This document shows, piece after piece, positions 11,716 to 23,368 of a stretch of DNA of 64,000 bases. The DNA is from Alphaproteobacteria bacterium. Lineage in GTDB: Bacteria > Pseudomonadota > Alphaproteobacteria > GCA-2746255. Numbering within the stretch: the first letter of the stretch is position 1; each line of letters starts with the position of its first letter. The stretch covers positions 640,001-704,000 of the forward strand of contig OZ252220.1 of NCBI GenBank assembly GCA_965249135.1. Reading direction: 5' to 3'. The notes under the pieces were generated by a model. The model searched no databases and had not been told where the DNA came from. It worked only from the letters and a program-made list of their open reading frames with translations. The position numbers were made by a program, and so were the translations under genes.

Positions 11716-13347
11716 ATGGCTAACGCGGCGCTTCAGGAAATCACAGACGATCAGCAAACCACGCTCTCCGCCGACGAACGGAACGTGCAGAACGCGGCGA
11801 CCCTGGAGGCGATCAGTGCCTCCCAGGCGATGATCGAGTTCGAGACGGACGGCACCATCCTCACGGCGAACGCGAACTTTCTTGCCGGGATGGGCTACAG
11901 CCTCGACGAGATCCAGGGCAAGCACCACAGCATGTTCGTCGATGCCGCCTACAAGGAGAGTGCGGAATACCGCGAGTTCTGGGAGACGCTGCGCAGCGGC
12001 AAGTTCCAGTCCGGCGAGTTCATGCGTGTGAACAAGGCCGGCGAGGAGGTCTGGCTGCAGGCCTCCTACAACCCGCTGCTGGACGCCGACGGCAAGGCGT
12101 TCAAGGTGGTCAAGATCGCCGTCGACATCACCGCGGAGAAGAAGCAGAAGTTGAAGGCGGACGCGGATACGAACCGTCTCACCCAGATGGTCGACAACAT
12201 GCCGGTCAACGTCATGATGGCCGATCCGGAAGAGTTCAAGATCAACTACATCAACCGGACCAGCGTCGAAACCCTGAAGACGCTCGAGCATCTGCTGCCC
12301 GTCAAGGCGGACGACATGCTCGGTCAGTGCATCGACATCTTCCACAAGAACCCGTCCCATCAGCGCGGCATCCTTGGGGATCCGAAGAACCTGCCACACC
12401 AGGCTCGGATCAAGGTCGGCAACAAAACCCTGGATCTCCTGGTTACCGCCATCATGGACAAGACTGGGAAGTACATCGGTCCGATGCTGAGCTGGAGCGT
12501 CATCACGAATATCGTCCAAATGACGGACAATTTCGAACGCCACGTGAAGGGGGTCGTCCAGACCTTCTCCTCGTCCTCGACCGAGCTGCAGGCTTCCGCC
12601 CAGGAAATGACGAAGACCGCGGAGCTGACCAGCCAGCAAAGCTCTTCCGTTGCTTCCGCCGCGGAACAAGCGACGACGAACGTGCAGACGGTGGCCTCGG
12701 CGGCGGAAGAGCTGTCGAGCTCGATTGCCGAGATCAGTAGCCAGGTCTCGAAGTCGAGCGAGATCGCCCAGAACGCCGTCAGCGAGGCGGACCGGACGAA
12801 TACCACCGTCGAGGGCCTGGCCGAGGCGGCTCAGAAGATCGGCGACGTCGTCAGTCTGATCAACGACATCGCCGGCCAGACGAACCTGCTCGCCTTGAAT
12901 GCGACGATCGAGGCGGCCCGGGCCGGCGGCGCCGGCAAGGGTTTCGCCGTCGTGGCGTCCGAGGTCAAGAACCTGGCCAACCAGACCGCCAAGGCGACGG
13001 AGGAGATCGGCAACCAGATCGGCGCCATTCAGGGAGCCGCCGGCGAGGCCGTCATCGCCATCAAGGGGATCGGCGGCACCATCCGCGAGATCAACGAGAT
13101 CGCCTCCTCGATCGCGTCCGCCGTCGAGGAACAGGGCGCCGCCACCTCGGAGATCAGCCGCAACGTCCAGGAGGCCGCCACCGGCACCCAGGAGGTGACC
13201 GGCACGATTGCCCAAGTGGCCACGGCCGCCAACGAAACCGGACAATCTGCAGGTCAGGTTCTGGAGGCATCCGGCGAACTCTCGAAGCAATCGGAGCTTC
13301 TTGGCAACGAAGTCGACAAGTTCCTCAAAGAGATGAAAAAGATCTAA
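11716..13347 (+). CDS. Soluble methyl-accepting chemotaxis protein with two PAS domains (second is Aer2-like)
   Basis: PAS ([17 protein letters not shown]), PAS ([12 protein letters not shown]), signalling hairpin [20 protein letters not shown]; no transmembrane helix. Confidence 0.93.
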   Translation: MANAALQEITDDQQTTLSADERNVQNAATLEAISASQAMIEFETDGTILTANANFLAGMGYSLDEIQGKHHSMFVDAAYKESAEYREFWETLRSGKFQSGEFMRVNKAGEEVWLQASYNPLLDADGKAFKVVKIAVDITAEKKQKLKADADTNRLTQMVDNMPVNVMMADPEEFKINYINRTSVETLKTLEHLLPVKADDMLGQCIDIFHKNPSHQRGILGDPKNLPHQARIKVGNKTLDLLVTAIMDKTGKYIGPMLSWSVITNIVQMTDNFERHVKGVVQTFSSSSTELQASAQEMTKTAELTSQQSSSVASAAEQATTNVQTVASAAEELSSSIAEISSQVSKSSEIAQNAVSEADRTNTTVEGLAEAAQKIGDVVSLINDIAGQTNLLALNATIEAARAGGAGKGFAVVASEVKNLANQTAKATEEIGNQIGAIQGAAGEAVIAIKGIGGTIREINEIASSIASAVEEQGAATSEISRNVQEAATGTQEVTGTIAQVATAANETGQSAGQVLEASGELSKQSELLGNEVDKFLKEMKKI

Positions 13348-13378
13348 CCCCCCTCGCCGGGTAACCGGCGAACTCTTG

Positions 13379-13411
13379 AGGCCCCGCATTTCCAAATGCG
13401 GGGCCTTTTTT
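13379..13411 (+). terminator. Rho-independent terminator after the chemoreceptor gene
   Basis: AGGCCCCGCATTT/AAATGCGGGGCCT stem plus T tract. Confidence 0.85.
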
Positions 13412-13493
13412 CTTGCCCGAAGCGCCTTAAAAGCCGCCTTGTTTCACCCCTGCTTCCCGCCTAGCATCGGGCCCGCGGAGGACGTGAAAGCCG

Positions 13494-13913
13494 ATGGCAG
13501 CCTATACCCCCTTCAAGGAACTCGAGGTCGGGCGCGTGTTTCCCGATCCGCCGGCGGATTTTCAGGTAACCGACGCGCAGGTGGAAGCCTACCTCGCCGC
13601 GACCGGCGATGCGACCGCCATCCCCCGGGAAGAAGCCGCCCGCCGCCCGGCCCCGCCGACGCTTGCCGCCGTCTATATGTTGGAGGCGCTTGCCCATCTT
13701 CGGAACCCGCCGGGAGGCATTCATACGAAGCAGCGCCTCACCTTTCATCGGCCGGCCTATGTCGGGGACCGGCTTACGACGGAAGTGCGCATCCTCGATA
13801 AATACGTCAAAAAAAGACGCAACCATGTGGTGATGGAAGTCGAGACCCGAAATCAGGACGGTGAGCTCATCACGACGGCCAGGATTTCACGGATCTGGGG
13901 GAAGGAAGCGTGA
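13494..13913 (+). CDS. MaoC-like (hot-dog fold) dehydratase subunit
   Basis: GGIHTKQRLTFHRPAYVGD motif; overlaps the next MaoC gene. Confidence 0.75.
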   Translation: MAAYTPFKELEVGRVFPDPPADFQVTDAQVEAYLAATGDATAIPREEAARRPAPPTLAAVYMLEALAHLRNPPGGIHTKQRLTFHRPAYVGDRLTTEVRILDKYVKKRRNHVVMEVETRNQDGELITTARISRIWGKEA

Positions 13914-14344
13914 GCGGAAGTGCAGAGCAAGGCCATGGCGGGGTTCGAATCGGGGACGCCATTCCGGAACGCCGCCACAAGGTTACCCAGGAACAAATCG
14001 ATCGTTACGCCGAAGCGTCCGGTGATCGAAATCCGCTCCATATCGACCCGGAATTCGCCAAACAGACGATTTTCCGGCGAACGATCGCCCATGGATTGCT
14101 GACGCTATCCTTTCTTTCCCAGGCGATGGCGGCCTGGGACTGGAAGGGCTGGGCGTTCGGCGGCGGGCTCGACGTCACGTTCTTGGGTCCCGTCTATCCC
14201 GATGACGAGGTCGTCGTTCAGGGCTCGGTCTCTGCCTTCGAGGTTGCCGAAGACGGCGTCTACGCCGTCTGCGAGGTGGCTTGCGTCGTCGACGATCGCA
14301 CGGTCATCGCCGGCACCGCGCGGCGGCGGCTTGAAGAGGCGTAA
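13910..14344 (+). CDS. MaoC family dehydratase (catalytic subunit)
   Basis: SGDRNPLHID..IAHG hydratase motif. Confidence 0.88.
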   Translation: MSGSAEQGHGGVRIGDAIPERRHKVTQEQIDRYAEASGDRNPLHIDPEFAKQTIFRRTIAHGLLTLSFLSQAMAAWDWKGWAFGGGLDVTFLGPVYPDDEVVVQGSVSAFEVAEDGVYAVCEVACVVDDRTVIAGTARRRLEEA

Positions 14345-14354
14345 GGAAATCGGG

Positions 14355-15524
14355 ATGGCAAAACGACAGGTCGTGATTGCCGGCATCGCGGATGCCCCGC
14401 TTGAGAACGGGGTCATTCCGGGCGGTGCGAACGACCTGGAAATCCAGGCGCGAACGGCGAAGGCCGCCCTCGACGAGGCGGGCCTCAAGCTTTCCGATGT
14501 GGACGGCCTGCTCACCGCCGGGCTTTGGGGGATCCCGGGCCCCGGCCAGTTCCCGACCCTCGCCCTTTCCGAATACCTCGGCATCCGGCCGGCCTTCGGC
14601 GATGGGACGAATATCGGAGGCGCCGCCTTCGAGGCCCATCTCGGCCACGCGGCGATGGCGATCGAGGCGGGGCTCATCGAGGTCGCGCTGATTACCTATG
14701 GGAGCACCCAAAAGAGCTTGAAAAGCAGGGACTTAAGAGGCAGACCGGCGGTGCTTTCGCTGCAGTTCGATACGCCCTATGGCCTTCCCTATCCGGTTGG
14801 CGCCTACGCCATGGTGGCCCAACGGCACATGCATGAATTCGGCACGACCAGCGAACAGCTGGCCGAGATCGCGGTCGCCACGCGCCAATGGGCGGCCAGG
14901 AATCCGGCGGCCATGATGCGCGAGCCATTGACCCTCGATAACGTGGCGTCCTCCCCGATGATCACGGATCCCCTCCACCTGCTCGACTGTTGCCTGGTGA
15001 CGGACGGCGGCGGATCGATCGTCCTTACCACGGAGGCCCGCGCACGCGATTTGAAGACGAAACCGATTTACGTCCGGGGTCATGGCGAATCCCAGACGCA
15101 CCTCACGATTGCCTCGATGCCGGACCTTGCCACCCACACGGCGGCGGTGGAAAGCGGGAAGCGGGCGTTTGCGATGGCCGGCATCGGTCCCGACGCGATC
15201 GACGTCGCCGAGATCTACGATTCGTTTACGATCACCGTCCTACTGACGCTCGAGGCGCTCGGCTTCTGCGGGCGGGGCGAAGGTGGTGACTTCGTAGCCG
15301 GCGGTCGCACGGCGCCCGGCGGCGCCTTTCCGATGAACACGAGCGGCGGCGGCCTCTCCTACGCCCACCCCGGCATGTTCGGGATCTTCCTGTTAATCGA
15401 GGCGGTCCGCCAGCTGCGCGGCGGGGCCGGCGAACGCCAGATCAAAGGCGCGCGAACGGCGCTTGCCCACGGCACCGGCGGCGTGATGTCGAGCGGCGCC
15501 ACCTGCATCCTGTCGAATCACTAA
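14355..15524 (+). CDS. Thiolase-like protein (SCP-x/Ltp2-like), lacking the N-terminal catalytic Cys
   Basis: DCCLVTDGGG, EIYDSFT and NTSGGGLSYAHPG motifs; IGGAAF at the usual Cys position. Confidence 0.88.
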   Translation: MAKRQVVIAGIADAPLENGVIPGGANDLEIQARTAKAALDEAGLKLSDVDGLLTAGLWGIPGPGQFPTLALSEYLGIRPAFGDGTNIGGAAFEAHLGHAAMAIEAGLIEVALITYGSTQKSLKSRDLRGRPAVLSLQFDTPYGLPYPVGAYAMVAQRHMHEFGTTSEQLAEIAVATRQWAARNPAAMMREPLTLDNVASSPMITDPLHLLDCCLVTDGGGSIVLTTEARARDLKTKPIYVRGHGESQTHLTIASMPDLATHTAAVESGKRAFAMAGIGPDAIDVAEIYDSFTITVLLTLEALGFCGRGEGGDFVAGGRTAPGGAFPMNTSGGGLSYAHPGMFGIFLLIEAVRQLRGGAGERQIKGARTALAHGTGGVMSSGATCILSNH

Positions 15525-15537
15525 GGCGAAGTAGACG

Positions 15538-15945
15538 ATGACCGAAAAACCGCTGCCCACGATCGACCCTTCGAGCCGCCCCTTCTGGGAAGCGGCGAAG
15601 GCGCACCGCCTCGTCATCCAACGCTGCGGGGACTGCGGAGCCTACGTTTTCTATCCGCGTGCGAACTGTACGGCGTGCGGTTCCGACCGGCTGGAATGGA
15701 CGGAAGCAAGCGGCGAAGGATCGGTCTACAGCTATACGATTGCGCGCCGGCCGGCCGGCGCCGGCTTCAAGGAAGACGTGCCCTATGTCGTCGCCGTCAT
15801 CGAACTGAAGGAGGGGCCCCGGCTCCTCAGTAACATCGTGACGGAGAACGTAGAAAGCGTCACTATTGGGGAGGCGGTTCGGGTCGTCTTCGACGACGTG
15901 ACGGACGAGATTACGTTGCCAAAATTCATGCTTACGAAGCGCTAG
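15538..15945 (+). CDS. DUF35 zinc-ribbon/OB-fold protein
   Basis: PFWEAA, CGDC..CTAC and PYVVAVIELKEG motifs; follows the thiolase-like gene. Confidence 0.9.
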   Translation: MTEKPLPTIDPSSRPFWEAAKAHRLVIQRCGDCGAYVFYPRANCTACGSDRLEWTEASGEGSVYSYTIARRPAGAGFKEDVPYVVAVIELKEGPRLLSNIVTENVESVTIGEAVRVVFDDVTDEITLPKFMLTKR

Positions 15946-15953
15946 GTTGCCCA

Positions 15954-17186
15954 ATGGTCGATTTCACCGTTCCGGACGAAATTCGCGACATCACGGAGGG
16001 TCTCTGCACCTTCATCGAGCGGGAAATCCTTCCCCTCGAGGAGGCAAATGCCGAGCTTTTCGCCAAGGATCGCAACCTCTACGACGAATCGGGCCATTAC
16101 GTCCCTCTCCATAGCAAGCTTCGCAAACAGGCGCGCATGAAGTCGGCTGAGGCCGGCTATTACACGATGTTCGGCTCAAAGGAAATTGGTGGAACGGAGT
16201 TAGGCCCCCTTGCGATCGTCCACATCCACGATCGAATGAACACCCGCTTCGGCATGCGGTTCCTTGTTCATAAGGTCGTCATCCCGTCCGAGTTTACGAA
16301 CGGGCTCACGCCGATCCTTACCTTCATGAAGCCGGAGCTTCGTGACACTTATCTTCCCGTCATCGCGAGCGGAGAAAAGACGCTTTGCGTCGCCATCAGC
16401 GAACCGGACGCGGGTTCGGATATTTACAACATGCGGACGAAGGCGGTCCGCGACGGCAATGGGTGGGTCATTAATGGAACGAAGCAATGGATCACGAACG
16501 GGCCCTACGCCGATTACTGCATCCTTTTCGCGGTAACGGATGCGGAACGCTGCCGCGAAAGAAAAGGCGGCATCACCGGCTTTTTCATCGACACCGAGTG
16601 GGAAGGCTACGATGCCTCGACGGTGATCCCCATCATGGGACATCCGGGTGGGGATACGGGCATGCTGACCTTCGATGACGTTCGCGTACCCGATTCCCAC
16701 GTGCTTGGCGAAGTGGACGACGGCATGAAGGTGGCGCTTACCGGCATCAACATCGGCCGGCTTGCCATGGCCTCGATCAGTGCCGGCCTTGCCCAGTGGG
16801 GGCTCGATCAGGCGATCGAATACGCGAAGGTCCGCAAGACCTTCGACAAACCGATCGCCGAGCATCAGATGATCCAGGGCATGCTGGCCGAAATGGCGAT
16901 GGACATCTATGCGGCGAAGAACATGCTTCGCCACTGCGCATGGAAAATCGAACAAGGGGAGAGAGCCGTCAAGGAGATATCGATGGTGAAGGCCTATGGG
17001 ACGGAAATGCTCTGCCGGGTCATGGACACGGCCATGCAGGTGCATGGCGGCATGGGGTTGACGAACGAGCTTGGCCTCGAGGCAGTCTACCGCTGGGGAC
17101 GGTCGATGCGGATTCCAGACGGGACCAGCGAAATCCAGCGGCGCAACGTGGCCAGGCGTCTTTTGGACGGAGACACCGAAATTTGA
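15954..17186 (+). CDS. Acyl-CoA dehydrogenase
   Basis: ISEPDAGSD, NGTKQWITN, QVHGGMG and IPDGTSEIQR motifs. Confidence 0.93.
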   Translation: MVDFTVPDEIRDITEGLCTFIEREILPLEEANAELFAKDRNLYDESGHYVPLHSKLRKQARMKSAEAGYYTMFGSKEIGGTELGPLAIVHIHDRMNTRFGMRFLVHKVVIPSEFTNGLTPILTFMKPELRDTYLPVIASGEKTLCVAISEPDAGSDIYNMRTKAVRDGNGWVINGTKQWITNGPYADYCILFAVTDAERCRERKGGITGFFIDTEWEGYDASTVIPIMGHPGGDTGMLTFDDVRVPDSHVLGEVDDGMKVALTGINIGRLAMASISAGLAQWGLDQAIEYAKVRKTFDKPIAEHQMIQGMLAEMAMDIYAAKNMLRHCAWKIEQGERAVKEISMVKAYGTEMLCRVMDTAMQVHGGMGLTNELGLEAVYRWGRSMRIPDGTSEIQRRNVARRLLDGDTEI

Positions 17187-17866
17187 AATCGCCCACTCAA
17201 GCGACTGGCAAGACCACGGCGGAAATCCTGCTGCGCCTGAACGCGATCGATTTCCGACCCAGCGAGCCGTTCCAACTGACCTCTGGCTGGGCAAGCCCGG
17301 TCTATGTCGATTGCCGGAAACTCATCTCTTTCCCCAAAGAGCGGCGCGAGATCTTGGATCTCGCGGTCGACACCCTGACCGACGCCTTAGGCAAAGATGC
17401 CTTCGATGCGATCGCCGGCGGCGAGACGGCGGGCATCCCCTACGCTGCATGGCTTGCCGAACGCATGGACCTGCCGATGCTCTACGTCCGGAAAAAGCCG
17501 AAAGGCTTCGGGCGCATGGCACAAATCGAAGGGCATTTCAAGACGGGCGATCGCGTCTTGCTGGTCGAAGACCTCGCCACGGACGGCAAGGGCAAGCTCA
17601 AATTCTGCGAAGCCCTTCGTGACGCCGGCGCCGAGGTTGCCCACGCCTTCGTCGTCTTTCATTACGGAATCTTCCATGACGGGATCGCCGCCCTGAAGAC
17701 GGCGGGGATCACGCTGCATGCGCTTGCTACCTGGTGGGACGTCCTGGAGGCGGCCACCCGGCAAGACGCCTTTCCGGAGGCAACGCTTCAGGAAGTCCAA
17801 GCCTTCCTCGAAGATCCGCACGCCTGGTCCGCCGCCCATGGGGGCGTGGCCTCGTTTGCTTCCTGA
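17183..17866 (+). CDS. pyrE: Orotate phosphoribosyltransferase
   Basis: LTSGWASPVYVDCR, YVRKKPKGFG and LLVEDLATDG motifs; TTG start overlaps the upstream stop. Confidence 0.92.
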   Translation: MKSPTQATGKTTAEILLRLNAIDFRPSEPFQLTSGWASPVYVDCRKLISFPKERREILDLAVDTLTDALGKDAFDAIAGGETAGIPYAAWLAERMDLPMLYVRKKPKGFGRMAQIEGHFKTGDRVLLVEDLATDGKGKLKFCEALRDAGAEVAHAFVVFHYGIFHDGIAALKTAGITLHALATWWDVLEAATRQDAFPEATLQEVQAFLEDPHAWSAAHGGVASFAS

Positions 17867-17880
17867 ATCACGCCTTTGCG

Positions 17881-18105
17881 ATGTCGGACCTGGAAACCAT
17901 CCGCCGCCTGCTGGACGAAGTCGAGGCGCTGCTGGACGAACTTGCGCCGCCCGAGCGCGAAATCTTCGAAGAACTCCGCCTTCGCTATTCGCAAACGACC
18001 ACGCTTGCCATCGGCGATGACCGCTCGCTCGAGGTGATCCTTCGGAACGTCGCGGTCCGCAAGCAATTGGGCCTCAAGATCACCTCAGACGGAAGCGAAT
18101 CGTAA
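17881..18105 (+). CDS. Small hypothetical protein
   Basis: 74-aa ORF 14 bp after pyrE with host-like codon usage. Confidence 0.55.
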   Translation: MSDLETIRRLLDEVEALLDELAPPEREIFEELRLRYSQTTTLAIGDDRSLEVILRNVAVRKQLGLKITSDGSES

Positions 18106-18163
18106 CGCGGGCGCGGTGTTCAAAAATTGTGAACGCTTTTGTATCCAGCCTTTCCACGGCCTA

Positions 18164-18206
18164 CTTTAAAATCATTTAAAAGAGCCGCCTTTAAAACCAT
18201 TTAAAA
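18164..18206. repeat. Tandem 18-bp AT-rich operator-like repeat
   Basis: CTTTAAAATCATTTAAAA (18164) and CTTTAAAACCATTTAAAA (18189). Confidence 0.6.
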
Positions 18207-18234
18207 AAAGCGGGGGACTTGGAAGGAGATTCTC

Positions 18235-18732
18235 ATGCGAAAGATCCTACTTAGTCTTGCCATCGTCGGCTTTCTGCTTCCCGGCGTAGCCCGCGCCGAT
18301 CTTCCCTCGGCGAAACACGCCTATGACAGCGGCGACCTCCAGACGGCGTTCCAGGAATTCAAGACCCTGGCCGAACAAGAAAACGGGTTTGCCAAGAACC
18401 GCCTTGGCGAGCTTTACCGGGACGGCAAGGGCACGGACCAAAACCACGAAGAAGCGGCGGCCTGGTTCCAGAAGGCGACCGATAACGGATACTTGCGTGC
18501 CTATTGGAATTTGGGGCGCATGTACGAAGACGGCCTCGGTCTCAACCAGGACTACGTACTCGCCTTCAAATGGTACTACCTTGGCCGAACGACCACCCAG
18601 AACGCGCTCGCCCTTCGGCGCGTGAAGAGCAAGATGTCCCCGCTTCAAAAGTCGGAGGCAAAGAACTTGGCCCGTGATCTTCAGCGTTTACGCCCCTCCT
18701 TTAGGGGCCTCCCCGCCGGATTTCATCTGTAA
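18235..18732 (+). CDS. Secreted Sel1-like repeat protein
   Basis: Signal peptide; LGELYRDGKG..AAAWFQKA and LGRMYEDGLG..AFKWY repeats. Confidence 0.88.
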   Translation: MRKILLSLAIVGFLLPGVARADLPSAKHAYDSGDLQTAFQEFKTLAEQENGFAKNRLGELYRDGKGTDQNHEEAAAWFQKATDNGYLRAYWNLGRMYEDGLGLNQDYVLAFKWYYLGRTTTQNALALRRVKSKMSPLQKSEAKNLARDLQRLRPSFRGLPAGFHL

Positions 18733-18763
18733 CTTCATCCGCGAAGAAGAAAGATAGGACCCG

Positions 18764-19141
18764 ATGTCCCTTCCATTCGAAATGGCCGGTCTTTGCCGGC
18801 GCTTGTTCGCCCTTCTTTTGCTCCTCCCCTGGCTCGCCCTGTCCTCGGCCCAGGCCGAGGTTGGAGATACGATCGGCGAAGGGCTGCTTTCCGGAGACGC
18901 CTATCGCTACTCCACGGAATTGGACCGCATGGTCTACGTGGCCGGCGCCTCGGACCTTCTGATCGCGTTTGCGCACCGAACCGGCGAAGATTCGGCTTGG
19001 TACCGCTGCATCGAGCCGATGGATGCGCCCCAGCTCGAGGTGCATTTCCTGAAATGGATCAAGGCGCACCCCGAGGAATGGCCGAACCCGGCAGGACCGC
19101 TTTTCATGCGGGCCATTCGCGAGTATTGCGCATCGCAATAG
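18764..19141 (+). CDS. Secreted protein resembling Rap1a/Tai4-type immunity proteins
   Basis: Signal peptide; YVAG..D..C....Q....FLKWIKAHPE..A..FMRAI..C pattern. Confidence 0.5.
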   Translation: MSLPFEMAGLCRRLFALLLLLPWLALSSAQAEVGDTIGEGLLSGDAYRYSTELDRMVYVAGASDLLIAFAHRTGEDSAWYRCIEPMDAPQLEVHFLKWIKAHPEEWPNPAGPLFMRAIREYCASQ

Positions 19142-19212
19142 ATCGCCGGCCGAAGGTTGCCTTTGCTTCCAAAAACGCGCTAGCTTCTGGCCCACGGCCA
19201 GAAAGGAGAAGC

Positions 19213-19686
19213 ATGCGCAATACGCTGCTGGCGGCGCTTACTTGCTTCCTCCTCTTCAGCCCCCCGGCGCTCGCTGGCTACGAAGAGGGAAGCGAAGCTT
19301 ACAAACAAGGGGATTATCAAGTCGCCTACCGTGAGTGGCAACCACTCGCGGAACAGGGTAGTGCGAAGGCCCAGAACAAGATGGGCGTGCTGTACGCGAC
19401 GGGCCGGGGAGTCCGGCGCGATCCGAAAGCGGCGCTTAGCTGGTTCATGAAGGCCGCCAAACAAGGCAATTTGGATGCACATATCAATATCGGCCGCATG
19501 CATGAGCAAGGCCACGGAGTTCCTCGCGACCTGCCAAAGGCCTATCTCTGGTACCACATGGCGTCCACGGTGGCGAAAGGCAAAAACATGCGCGAGCGTC
19601 TCTGGAACAAGATGAGCCCGAAGGAACGCAAGCAAGCAAAGCGCCTTCGGGGCAGGTCGGACCGTTTCCGGACGCGGGCTTATTGA
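19213..19686 (+). CDS. Secreted Sel1-like repeat protein
   Basis: Signal peptide; AEQGSAKAQNKMGVLYATGRGV..WFMKAAKQG repeats; GAAAGGAG ribosome-binding site. Confidence 0.9.
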   Translation: MRNTLLAALTCFLLFSPPALAGYEEGSEAYKQGDYQVAYREWQPLAEQGSAKAQNKMGVLYATGRGVRRDPKAALSWFMKAAKQGNLDAHINIGRMHEQGHGVPRDLPKAYLWYHMASTVAKGKNMRERLWNKMSPKERKQAKRLRGRSDRFRTRAY

Positions 19687-19781
19687 TCGGCTTCGTATCC
19701 TCGCATGCATTGACCCGCTACCGACTTCCGCCTCGACTGGCTTTCAAGGCTTAAATGGGCTAGCCTTCCATCCGGCCGGTC

Positions 19782-20153
19782 ATGAAACGCATTTTTGCCG
19801 TTTCGCTTGTTGTTTTCCTCGTCACGTCGCTGCCCGCCGCGGCGAAGTGGGGAGGCACGGCAAATTTCTACGACGAGCCGACCCCCTACATGGCCAAGAT
19901 GCAGGCCGGACAGTTCTTAAGTTTCGGCAACCCCATTACCTTTACCTATTGGAAGAAGGCCGCAGGCCCGGCGACCCAGTACCGGGGCATCGTGCAGGCG
20001 ATCTCGGTCGAAGGGGTGCGGCACATGCAGATCCATATCTTCTTCAGCCAGGGCGAAGCCAAGAAGGCGGAAGGAGAACTCAACCTCGAATGGCGTGAAC
20101 CCGGTGGAAAATCAAGACCTTGGTGGAAGTTCTGGGCGTTCTGGGCGTGGTGA
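19782..20153 (+). CDS. Secreted hypothetical protein
   Basis: Signal peptide ending PAAA; C-terminal KSRPWWKFW tail. Confidence 0.6.
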   Translation: MKRIFAVSLVVFLVTSLPAAAKWGGTANFYDEPTPYMAKMQAGQFLSFGNPITFTYWKKAAGPATQYRGIVQAISVEGVRHMQIHIFFSQGEAKKAEGELNLEWREPGGKSRPWWKFWAFWAW

Positions 20154-20162
20154 GCAGGCCCT

Positions 20163-21710
<1,548 letters not shown>

Positions 21711-21767
21711 CCGCTTGCCTCCCCACCACGCAGCCTTGCTCCCGGAACCGGCCGCCGGGACAAAGTG

Positions 21768-23231
21768 CTAGCCGTCTTGCCGATAGTTCGGCGCCTCGCG
21801 GGTGATGGTGACATCGTGTACGTGGCTTTCGCGGTGACCTCCCTCCGTAACCCGGAGGAATTCGCAGTTCCGGCGCATCTCGTCGATCGTCCGGTTGCCG
21901 GTGTAGCCCATGGCGGCCCTGAGACCCCCGATGAGCTGATGGACGACGCCTGCGACCGGGCCCTTGTAGGGCACGCGGCCCTCGACCCCCTCCGGCACCA
22001 ATTTAAGGAGGTCCGCCACCTCCTGCTGGAAGTAGCGATCCGCCGAGCCCTCGGCCATGGCGCTGACGGAGCCCATGCCGCGATAGGATTTGTAAGACCG
22101 CCCCTGATAGAGAAAGACCTCGCCCGGGCTCTCTTCCGTGCCTGCGAAAAGGGCCCCGATCATCGCGCTCGAGGCGCCGGCCGCCATCGCCTTCGCCAGG
22201 TCGCCGGAAAAGCGGATGCCGCCATCGGCGATGATCGGCACGTCCTGCTTCCGGCATTCGTCCATCGCGTCCTGGATGGCCGTGAACTGCGGCACGCCGA
22301 CGCCGGCGACGATCCGTGTCGTGCAGATCGAGCCCGGGCCGACGCCCACCTTTACGGCGTCCGCGCCGGCATCGATGAGCGCCTTCGCCCCTTCTGCGGT
22401 GGCAACGTTGCCGGCAATCAGCGCCGGCGCACCGGGAAGCTGGCGAATGCGCTGGACGGTTTCCAGAACGCCTTTCGAATGGCCATGGGCCGTATCGACG
22501 ATGACGACGTCGGCGCCGGCATTCGTCAAGCCTTCCGCCCGGGCAACCCCGGCATCGCCGACGCCGGTAGCACCTCCGACCCGAAGCCGGCCTTGCGAAT
22601 CCTTGTTCGCATTCGGAAAGGCCTGGCTCTTCTCGATGTCCTTGACGGTGATCAGACCAATACAGCGGTAGTCGTCATCGACGACGGGCAATTTCTCGAT
22701 CCGGTGCTGATGGAGTAGCCGTTTCGCTTCATCCACGCCGACATTTTCGCGCACCGTGATCAGCCCTTCCTTCGTCATCAGTTCCGCAACGGGCTGCCTT
22801 AGGTCGCTGGCAAAACGAACGTCCCGGTTCGTAACGATGCCGACGAGGCGCTTCGTCTCGCCCTCGACGACGGGAATGCCGGAAATCCTATGATCCGCCA
22901 TCTGCTTCAAGGCGTCGGCAAGCGGGCGTTCGGGCGTAATCGTGACGGGATCGAAGACGATCCCCGATTCGTACTTCTTGACCTTCCGGATCTCGTCGGC
23001 CTGGCGCTCGATTTCCATGTTCTTATGAACAATACCAAGGCCGCCCAATTGCGCCATGGCGATCGCCATGGCGCTTTCCGTCACCGTGTCCATGGCGGCG
23101 GAAAGAAGCGGAATATGCAATTGGATGGTGGCGGTTAGCCGAGTGCTCGTGTCAACGGTGGCCGGCAAGACTTCGGATTCGGCGGGTTTTAGTAAAACGT
23201 CATCGAAGGAGAGCGCTTCCCTAAGCCTCAT
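21768..23231 (-). CDS. guaB: IMP dehydrogenase
   Basis: [12 protein letters not shown] pair and [11 protein letters not shown] motif. Confidence 0.98.
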   Translation of the reverse strand: MRLREALSFDDVLLKPAESEVLPATVDTSTRLTATIQLHIPLLSAAMDTVTESAMAIAMAQLGGLGIVHKNMEIERQADEIRKVKKYESGIVFDPVTITPERPLADALKQMADHRISGIPVVEGETKRLVGIVTNRDVRFASDLRQPVAELMTKEGLITVRENVGVDEAKRLLHQHRIEKLPVVDDDYRCIGLITVKDIEKSQAFPNANKDSQGRLRVGGATGVGDAGVARAEGLTNAGADVVIVDTAHGHSKGVLETVQRIRQLPGAPALIAGNVATAEGAKALIDAGADAVKVGVGPGSICTTRIVAGVGVPQFTAIQDAMDECRKQDVPIIADGGIRFSGDLAKAMAAGASSAMIGALFAGTEESPGEVFLYQGRSYKSYRGMGSVSAMAEGSADRYFQQEVADLLKLVPEGVEGRVPYKGPVAGVVHQLIGGLRAAMGYTGNRTIDEMRRNCEFLRVTEGGHRESHVHDVTITREAPNYRQDG

Positions 23232-23368
23232 ATCTTCTCCCAGGCTGGTTGGCGGGTAATATAATCATCCCCGGCGTCTTGCCAAGGCCATTCGGAGCGC
23301 CCAGCTACAGTTGGGCTCAACGCTATGCGCAAAGCCACCCGATCCACCACCGCCGAAGGGAACGGCCC

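Noticed and set aside
11632-13395. 587-aa ORF on the - strand
   Set aside because: Antisense shadow of the chemoreceptor gene
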